Shown here piece after piece: positions 57,889 to 64,000 of a stretch of DNA of 64,000 bases (its first letter is position 1; every line of letters starts with the position of its first letter). The stretch is taken from positions 167,725-231,724 of IMG/VR virus record IMGVR_UViG_3300042923_000474. The stretch is one strand, 5' to 3'. The position numbers and the translations under genes are program-made. The notes beneath the pieces are model-generated. The model was given only the letters and a program-made list of their open reading frames with translations. It did no database searches and had not been told where the DNA came from.

Positions 57889-58336
57889 CGAAGAGCTGGC
57901 ACGTGATCCAAACAAGCCAGCTTGGCACCATGACTGCCCAATTGAGTACGAGCTAGACCAGACAGCAGCTGTGGTAATTGTGGAATCTGAAGTCCTCGGT
58001 CAGATCTACGATCTCCTCCGCCGTAAGCGTTTTCGAATGGGTGTACCGGAAGATGCGCCAGAGAGTGTCTGGCTCTGCAAAGTCTCCATCGCTGTGGCCA
58101 AGGTCCTCAACGACTACCACAACGACGACTTCCGTGACACCAACTGCTTGGCCATCGGCACGCTCCTCATGAACGAGCTGATGGATGACCTACGTGAGAG
58201 CATGACGTGGGTTGCTGAAGTGTACTTCGAAGACGTGATAGGTTTCTCCGTAATCAGCGGTACCACCAAAGTCATGCTGCACTTTTCACAAGAGGATTTA
58301 GACAATGGCGGTATCTCTACAGAGCGTGAAGGTTGA
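57860..58336 (+). CDS. Acidic paralogue-array protein
   Basis: VIVESEVL; C-terminal FSVISGTTKVMLHF. Confidence 0.75.
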   Translation: MTDSNPPEADEELARDPNKPAWHHDCPIEYELDQTAAVVIVESEVLGQIYDLLRRKRFRMGVPEDAPESVWLCKVSIAVAKVLNDYHNDDFRDTNCLAIGTLLMNELMDDLRESMTWVAEVYFEDVIGFSVISGTTKVMLHFSQEDLDNGGISTEREG

Positions 58337-58718
58337 CTCAAAAATCAACTTCACTACACGCATGCAGGTCGGTAATCGGACTGTGTATAACGCGTTCACC
58401 TTCATGGGTAACGTCAACTATACACTGGCCAATGCCATCGCTGGTGACCTGCGTGCACTAGTGGCCTCCACCAAGGCTTACTTCAGACCGGGCTCGCCGA
58501 CTGACGAAACTAAGATCACGTACATCGTGGTCAAGGAATCCGAAACGGCTGGCTCGATTGTGATCCCAGAACCCCTGCTAGATCTCGACTCACTGGCTCT
58601 GGCCGGTAACGAGATCTTCGACGTCGTGGTTCGAGACAAGGTCACGCAACAGCAACTTCAGCAAATCCTGACCGGTAACGGCCTCAAGGACTTTGCGATC
58701 AATGTAAGACAGGTGTAG
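58305..58718 (+). CDS. Conserved phiKZ-like hypothetical protein
   Basis: 137 aa; D...YI.V..S.....VI...L...S pattern recalled near polB in these phages. Confidence 0.75.
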   Translation: MAVSLQSVKVDSKINFTTRMQVGNRTVYNAFTFMGNVNYTLANAIAGDLRALVASTKAYFRPGSPTDETKITYIVVKESETAGSIVIPEPLLDLDSLALAGNEIFDVVVRDKVTQQQLQQILTGNGLKDFAINVRQV

Positions 58719-58720
58719 CC

Positions 58721-59077
58721 ATGAACTGCCCTGTCAGGATTGATGGACCTGTGAAAATAAGTCCTGACTGCCGCGTTGACCTTTCTGAGTATCTCAAAGA
58801 GGTCGATCACCTGCATCGGGGCTTTGACATCGGGTTCAAGGTTTCCGCCATTGAACTGGACACAGATGCGTTCAGTGTGGAGGAATCCTCAGAACACTTG
58901 ATCTCCAGCGTGGGTAGTTATCACTCGTCGTTCAGCTTTGAAGCCGAGGACGATGAGATACCCACGATCCGCAATGTTGACTTTGCGCTAGGCGTAGGTA
59001 ACGACCTCTTTCTCTCGGCATGCGACGAGCGGGTGAAGTCCGTTACCTTGTCCTACGTGGACATCACTCTCCTCTAA
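58721..59077 (+). CDS. Hypothetical protein
   Basis: 118 aa, operonic. Confidence 0.7.
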   Translation: MNCPVRIDGPVKISPDCRVDLSEYLKEVDHLHRGFDIGFKVSAIELDTDAFSVEESSEHLISSVGSYHSSFSFEAEDDEIPTIRNVDFALGVGNDLFLSACDERVKSVTLSYVDITLL

Positions 59078-59109
59078 TTTTTTTTTTGTCTCAGGACAGG
59101 GTAAAGACC

Positions 59110-59727
59110 ATGCGTCAATCTGTTAAGCTGAACCCACGACTGTCTACCATCGTGTTGGAGTCGCTGGAAAACGAAGACATGGGTGCCGTTAAGGAAATCG
59201 AACACGTTTTCTACGGCAAGATCTCTGACGCTAACCAACTCGCTGAACTGGCCAAGCAACCCTTCGTGACCAAGGTGCTGCAGGAGCAGTCCCAGGGTAA
59301 GGTGGTTACCGGCGGTGCAGGCGAAGGTACCACACTGCGCGTCCGTCGTATCAACCGTGAGTCCTGCGTCATGACCACCAAGGTCTTTGTACCGGGCAAA
59401 GCGGGTATGGATGAAGAAACCAAAGAGATCAATGGTCCACTCTTTGATTTCATGGCCCGTGTCTTCGGTCAAGGTATGGCCAAGATGCGTTACATCATCG
59501 CCCCAGAAGGTCAACCGAAGCTGGAACTGGACGTGTTCCTCGATGCACACGGCAATGCTCTGGGCTACGCCAAGTTCGACTTCACTGTCACCACCCAGGA
59601 AGAAGCGCCACCACCACTGCCGCTGACCCTGACTGACCTGAAACACCTGAACCCGTTCAACTGCACCGACGTTGATCGTGCTGCGCTGCGCGAGTTCATG
59701 AATCAGATGACTTTCAAAACCGTCTGA
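59110..59727 (+). CDS. CYTH/triphosphate-tunnel-like protein
   Basis: Start ATG 59110; KEIEHVFY, LRVR, TTK, EETKEI, KMRY, LELDVF. Confidence 0.75.
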   Translation: MRQSVKLNPRLSTIVLESLENEDMGAVKEIEHVFYGKISDANQLAELAKQPFVTKVLQEQSQGKVVTGGAGEGTTLRVRRINRESCVMTTKVFVPGKAGMDEETKEINGPLFDFMARVFGQGMAKMRYIIAPEGQPKLELDVFLDAHGNALGYAKFDFTVTTQEEAPPPLPLTLTDLKHLNPFNCTDVDRAALREFMNQMTFKTV

Positions 59728-59761
59728 CATAGTGGCCGGCCTTCGGGCTGGCCGTTGTGCC
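59726..59761 (+). terminator. Hairpin
   Basis: GACATA..GGCCGGCC-TTCG-GGCTGGCC. Confidence 0.7.
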
Positions 59762-59819
59762 GTCGATTAGGACAAGGCGGGGACATTGATTAGCCCAGCA
59801 CACATAAGACACTTCCCCC

Positions 59820-60254
59820 ATGAGCATCTCAACAGTTTTAGTAATTGATGTTGAGGAGATTGCTTTAGAGCTAATCGACTTCATCAATGCAAGCGGGTTT
59901 GCGGACATGGCAGACCTGATGCAGACCCATGACTTCTACTGGTTTCTGCAATACACAACTTTGATCCGTGCAAACCGCCATCACAAGTTGTCCATGTCTA
60001 TCTCGGAATACCAAGAACGCATCCGTAAGGCCCTGCGTAACTCTGATCCGAAATGGAACGACTTCGTCCCTGAACTGGTTGACGAAATGTATCTGAAGGT
60101 CTCACACGACTTCCCCCAAAAGTTCGACAGTGAGCGACACTTCTACATCACCCAAGGTTACGGGCCTAGGGTACACGTGGATATCTTCCTGAGCGATAAA
60201 GCTTTGGACTTGGGTATCCATAGCGTTGAATCCATTTCCGACTTGGTGTACTGA
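59820..60254 (+). CDS. Paralogue-array protein (separated member)
   Basis: VLVIDVEEIALEL. Confidence 0.75.
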   Translation: MSISTVLVIDVEEIALELIDFINASGFADMADLMQTHDFYWFLQYTTLIRANRHHKLSMSISEYQERIRKALRNSDPKWNDFVPELVDEMYLKVSHDFPQKFDSERHFYITQGYGPRVHVDIFLSDKALDLGIHSVESISDLVY

Positions 60255-60255
60255 C

Positions 60256-62646
60256 ATGGAAGAACACTTCCTCCTTTCCTCAGAGCAGTACCAGCGTGAC
60301 CTTAATGTGGTCCGCACCTACATACACGACCAGTCTTGGTTCCTCACCAAGATGCGTGGCCGTCCATTCGAATATAACGTCGAGTGGATTCGCAAGACGA
60401 TCGGTAAAGATGGCAAGTTCCCCATCAAGAACCCGTTGGTTACCATTGTTGATAAGGACAAGAACGGTGACCGCTTCATCCGCAAGGTAGGTTACCTCAA
60501 CTACCTCAAGAACATCGTGGCCAAAGACCTCATCTGTGCACCCTCCATGACCACCTACGTGCGTCCAGAGGTGCGTCAGTCGCTGATGGGGGTCTACATC
60601 AATGGTAACTTGAACCTTCGCTCTGGCGCCAAGCACGAGTCGATGGAAGCCAAGCTGACCGCGGATGGTTACGGTGGTGAGATCTTCAAGCTGATCGGTG
60701 ACCGTGAAGCAGAAGGTTGGACCATGCCGCCTCTGACTCCAGAGCTGGAAGCCAAGCTGGCTGACCTGGAACAGAAGTATGGTTTCTACCACGACGTGGC
60801 GGAGATTAAGAACAATGAACAGACCTCGCACAAGATCTTCAACAACGGGATCTCGGGGATGCAGACCATCGGGTCTACTCCGTTCGTGCTGGTGTCTGCT
60901 CACTCCAGTCTGACCTCGGGCTGCCGCTCTGCCGTGTCGTACGGCAACGCAACCATTGAACGGTTCGTGGCGGGTAGTCGTCACTACTGGTCGCCAGAAG
61001 TGGTGATCACTCAGATCCTCTCCATCTGCCGCAACACGGACTATGAGAAGTTCGAAGCGGTGATGAACAAGTACCAGCTGCACGTGCCGTCGTTCGAAGA
61101 CATCATTGATGCCATTCGTTATTCGACTGAACTGTACTGGACACATGAAGACTCCATGGAAGAAGTCGGCGAACTGGTACAAACACTGTCGCCAATGGAG
61201 CGTGCCGCGTTCCTGTATACCGGTGACATGTTCCACCTGCGCAAACACAACGAAGACTTCATGCGTGGGTTCTTGGACGAACTCTCTGCAGCCAAGCATG
61301 GTACTCACCCAGACCCGATCCCTGTGATCAAGTCGATGGATGGTGACCACAAGGCATTGGCCCTGATCCTCTGCGCCGAAGTAACCGCCGGTAAGAAGGT
61401 CAAGGACATCATTGCCTCGGGTGATCAGGCTGCCCTGTCCATGATTGCGCTGACCTATGAAAACATCATGGGGACGCTCGACAAGTACCTGGACCTGATC
61501 CGTACCTTCTGGACCACCCTGAACGTTCCGCCAAACATCAGCCGCACACGGGACATTCGTCGCCGTTCGGTTGTAGGTTCCGACACTGACTCCTGCCTGT
61601 TCACAGTGCGTGATTGGGTTAAGTGGAAGAACGGCAAGGCGAAGTTCGATGCTCCTTGTCAGGCCACCTGGCACACCGTGGTGTTCATGGCGTGTCAAAC
61701 CGTAACCCACTCGCTGGCGTGTTTGTCGGCTGGTATGGGTGTACGCGGTGAGGACGTCAAGAAGCTGGCCATGAAGAACGAGTACGCCTTCTCGGCATTC
61801 GGTCTGACCAACATCGCCAAGCACTACATCGCCTCCATGATCGCTCAGGAAGGTGGTGTGTACTCCAAGGCCAAGGGTGAAATCAAGGGCGTTCAGTTTA
61901 AAGACTCCAACTCCCCGCCAGAAATCATCGAGGAATCAAACGGTTACATCGGTTCCGTCATGGATTCGCTGTATCGTTCGGGTGACTTTGAGATGATGCC
62001 TATCCTGAAGTCCATGGCCAAGACAGAGGCAGATGTAACGGAGTCTATCAAGAAAGGCGACACGCGCTACCTCAAGGCAGCCTATGTTCGTCCGAAGTCA
62101 GACTACAAGAAACCCATGTCGTCACACTACTTCCACTACGAACTGTGGGAGAAGGCCTTCGCGCACAAGTACGGTCCTGCTCCGGCATTGCCTTACCGTG
62201 CAGTGAAGATCTCGGTGGGTCTCAAGAACAAGACTGCTATAAAGCGTTGGGTGGAGGGTATCGAAGACCCGATCATGCGTGCGGCCTTGGAAGAGATCTA
62301 CGTGTATGGTGATGGTGGTGGCGCCGGTGAAGAAGCTGATCTGGCTCCAGGTGAGGTTCGTGACATCAAGGAAGAAGAAGGCGATGTAAGCGAAGAGGAT
62401 ACTCCAGAGAAGGAGAAAGAAAAGGATGATGGCACCGGACCTAAAAAGCCAAAGGCCTCCATCACCTCTTTCCTGATGCCTATGGACATCGTAGCGGTCA
62501 ATGGTATTCCAGAAGAGATCCTGCGGGTAGCCAACCTGCGCCGTCAGTCGTACACAACGGTTAGTCCGTTCTACCTGACAGCAGAAACTCTCGGTCTGCC
62601 AATGGTCAATGCGAACCTTACCAACCTCTTGTCCGACACACTGTAA
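60256..62646 (+). CDS. Split family-B DNA polymerase, catalytic subunit (phiKZ gp50-like)
   Basis: Start ATG 60256; NGDR, APSMTTY, KIFNNGISG (motif B), HSSLTSGCR, GSDTDS (motif C); no exonuclease domain evident. Confidence 0.88.
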   Translation: MEEHFLLSSEQYQRDLNVVRTYIHDQSWFLTKMRGRPFEYNVEWIRKTIGKDGKFPIKNPLVTIVDKDKNGDRFIRKVGYLNYLKNIVAKDLICAPSMTTYVRPEVRQSLMGVYINGNLNLRSGAKHESMEAKLTADGYGGEIFKLIGDREAEGWTMPPLTPELEAKLADLEQKYGFYHDVAEIKNNEQTSHKIFNNGISGMQTIGSTPFVLVSAHSSLTSGCRSAVSYGNATIERFVAGSRHYWSPEVVITQILSICRNTDYEKFEAVMNKYQLHVPSFEDIIDAIRYSTELYWTHEDSMEEVGELVQTLSPMERAAFLYTGDMFHLRKHNEDFMRGFLDELSAAKHGTHPDPIPVIKSMDGDHKALALILCAEVTAGKKVKDIIASGDQAALSMIALTYENIMGTLDKYLDLIRTFWTTLNVPPNISRTRDIRRRSVVGSDTDSCLFTVRDWVKWKNGKAKFDAPCQATWHTVVFMACQTVTHSLACLSAGMGVRGEDVKKLAMKNEYAFSAFGLTNIAKHYIASMIAQEGGVYSKAKGEIKGVQFKDSNSPPEIIEESNGYIGSVMDSLYRSGDFEMMPILKSMAKTEADVTESIKKGDTRYLKAAYVRPKSDYKKPMSSHYFHYELWEKAFAHKYGPAPALPYRAVKISVGLKNKTAIKRWVEGIEDPIMRAALEEIYVYGDGGGAGEEADLAPGEVRDIKEEEGDVSEEDTPEKEKEKDDGTGPKKPKASITSFLMPMDIVAVNGIPEEILRVANLRRQSYTTVSPFYLTAETLGLPMVNANLTNLLSDTL

Positions 62647-62661
62647 ATAACCGGAACTGGG

Positions 62662-62681
62662 AACTAGATCATCAATGGGAT
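62662..62681 (+). promoter_or_regulatory. Putative phage promoter within long hairpin
   Basis: AACTAGATCATCAATGGGAT. Confidence 0.5.
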
Positions 62682-62734
62682 AACACCCAGATCTAGGTCA
62701 GTTCCGGGGGTTACATTAACGTAGGGAGGAGCAT

Positions 62735-63031
62735 ATGAAAGGCTATTATCACTGGAGTCAAATTAAAACATTAACAATCGGCAGAGCATTGGACGGGAGT
62801 CACGATCCAGTCTTCCAGGTCACACTGGAACCGGGTGCTGTACAATCACTGTCCGCAGACGTTGCAGGGCCAGACGCTCATCAGCATCTGTACGTGTTCA
62901 GCGAAAACGACAAGGACTTTTATTCGTACCTGCAAGGGGAAGATAAGGTCGACGATAAGTACGCTTATCGCGATGTCATGTCGGATCACTTGAAGTTCAA
63001 GCAGTCGGCAGCCAAGGCGAAGAAGGCATGA
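62735..63031 (+). CDS. Hypothetical protein
   Basis: GGAGGAG RBS. Confidence 0.8.
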   Translation: MKGYYHWSQIKTLTIGRALDGSHDPVFQVTLEPGAVQSLSADVAGPDAHQHLYVFSENDKDFYSYLQGEDKVDDKYAYRDVMSDHLKFKQSAAKAKKA

Positions 63032-63225
63032 ACATCATCCCAAGATACACCTCAAACTGGGGTGAGGCACTGGGCGTTATCATGCTTGCAGTGGCCCTGC
63101 TGATCATCTGTGCAACATTCGCTGGAGCAGCTCTGTTCATGCTGTGGCTTGTCTGGCCACCAATCCCGGTGGCTTTGGTTTGCTACATCTTTGATTCGTG
63201 GCTGTATGAAAGAAAAAAGAAATAA
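63028..63225 (+). CDS. Small two-TM membrane protein
   Basis: ATGA coupling; two hydrophobic stretches. Confidence 0.7.
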   Translation: MNIIPRYTSNWGEALGVIMLAVALLIICATFAGAALFMLWLVWPPIPVALVCYIFDSWLYERKKK

Positions 63226-63226
63226 C

Positions 63227-63269
63227 GGCATATCCGCCTGCCCCTTTCGGAGCAGGCGGTGCCTTATGC
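63227..63269. terminator. Bidirectional hairpin between convergent genes
   Basis: GGCATA-TCCGCCTGC..GCAGGCGG-TGCCTTATGC. Confidence 0.75.
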
Positions 63270-64000
63270 TGTCAGCGCTTGATCCAGCAGTGCGTCCAGT
63301 TTATTGACCACGTCCACGTAGGTACGACGATCCAATGCACTCGACATGCCATTGCTGCTCGTAATACGAACAAAGATGCGTTTGACATCGTTCGTCGGGT
63401 ATTCTCGTGCCCGGTCTGGAGCCATCCGAGCCAACGCCCAGAGATACCGCAATACGTTGTACCGAGAGATCACCAACGCCCATGTCACTTGCGACGTGGG
63501 TGCGTATTCACCGATGCTTGTAGCCCGTCCCAGACTGCCAACCAAGGGAACAGGCAACGCGCCCATGAGGTGTTCGAAAGTCACCTTCTTGGACATCATT
63601 AAACGGGTAAAGGTTTCAAAGATCTTCTGACCAGCCTCCGTTCTGTTAATGTAACTTTTCGACAGACGGATGACTTGGTTGTTGACTGGGTTCCCCTCGG
63701 CAATCGCACAGCAGCGGTTCATGATGGCAATCGCGTACTGGCTGAATTTCAGCTTGGGCAATACGTGCATGCTGACGAACATCTGCGGTGTACGCTTGTC
63801 GCGTTCCTCGCTGTCCATCTGCTCCTTCATCCAGAGGGTGTACTGGAGCATCAGCAGGCCCAAGTCAATCTCAACCACGTCAAACCCTAGCCCGATGAGG
63901 TCTTCGCTTTCAGCGTTGCTTCCCAAGGTGAGGTTGGTAGAGTCGTGGCTCAGGTAACGAACCGGAACCATGTTGGAGTAGGGCGTGCTACGGGTCACAC
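63264..64000 (-). CDS. Partial conserved phiKZ-like protein (gp52-like by position); 5' end outside window
   Basis: Open frame to window end; VRYLSHDSTNL, L.LQY..W motifs. Confidence 0.7.
   Translation of the reverse strand, partial: VTRSTPYSNMVPVRYLSHDSTNLTLGSNAESEDLIGLGFDVVEIDLGLLMLQYTLWMKEQMDSEERDKRTPQMFVSMHVLPKLKFSQYAIAIMNRCCAIAEGNPVNNQVIRLSKSYINRTEAGQKIFETFTRLMMSKKVTFEHLMGALPVPLVGSLGRATSIGEYAPTSQVTWALVISRYNVLRYLWALARMAPDRAREYPTNDVKRIFVRITSSNGMSSALDRRTYVDVVNKLDALLDQALTA

Noticed and set aside
60256-62646. Interpretation as an RNA polymerase subunit
   Set aside because: PolB motifs K..NN..SG and DTDS are present and no NADFDGD is seen.
63207-63225. A AAA AAG slippery heptamer near the end of the small membrane gene
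   Set aside because: Lys-rich end explains it; the -1 frame runs into the terminator and the antisense of the convergent gene.

Overview
Segment of a phiKZ-like nucleus-forming jumbo phage (Chimalliviridae-type), probably Pseudomonas-infecting; host and family are inferred from gene content and protein style, not a database search. 1-11.7 kb (minus strand): tandem array of paralogous virion/tail-fibre genes, both shaft/adaptor-type and lectin-like head-type. 11.8-44 kb (mostly plus): dTTP-supply genes (tmk, DHFR, dcd, thyA), an SspB-like ClpXP adaptor, NADAR-, SLOG-, DUF488-, AP2- and GIY-YIG-like genes and many hypotheticals. 44-47 kb: NAD-dependent DNA ligase (minus), then a structured, low-complexity divergent intergenic region. 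51-64 kb: PhuZ tubulin, a pair of candidate nucleotide-sponge genes, an array of acidic paralogues, a CYTH protein and the split family-B DNA polymerase, in the order known from phiKZ (PhuZ to polymerase). Regulatory signals are a recurrent AAACCTAGATYAT-N4-KTGA promoter-like motif and many GC hairpins flanked by GCATA/TTATGC. The strongest unexplained signal is a candidate programmed -1 frameshift (G GGA AAG plus a downstream stem-loop, 42363-42420) that would add an 80-aa basic tail to a non-tail protein. No tRNA, rRNA, CRISPR array, intron or IS element could be recognised by eye. Family assignments come from motif recognition and memory and need HMM or structure confirmation.
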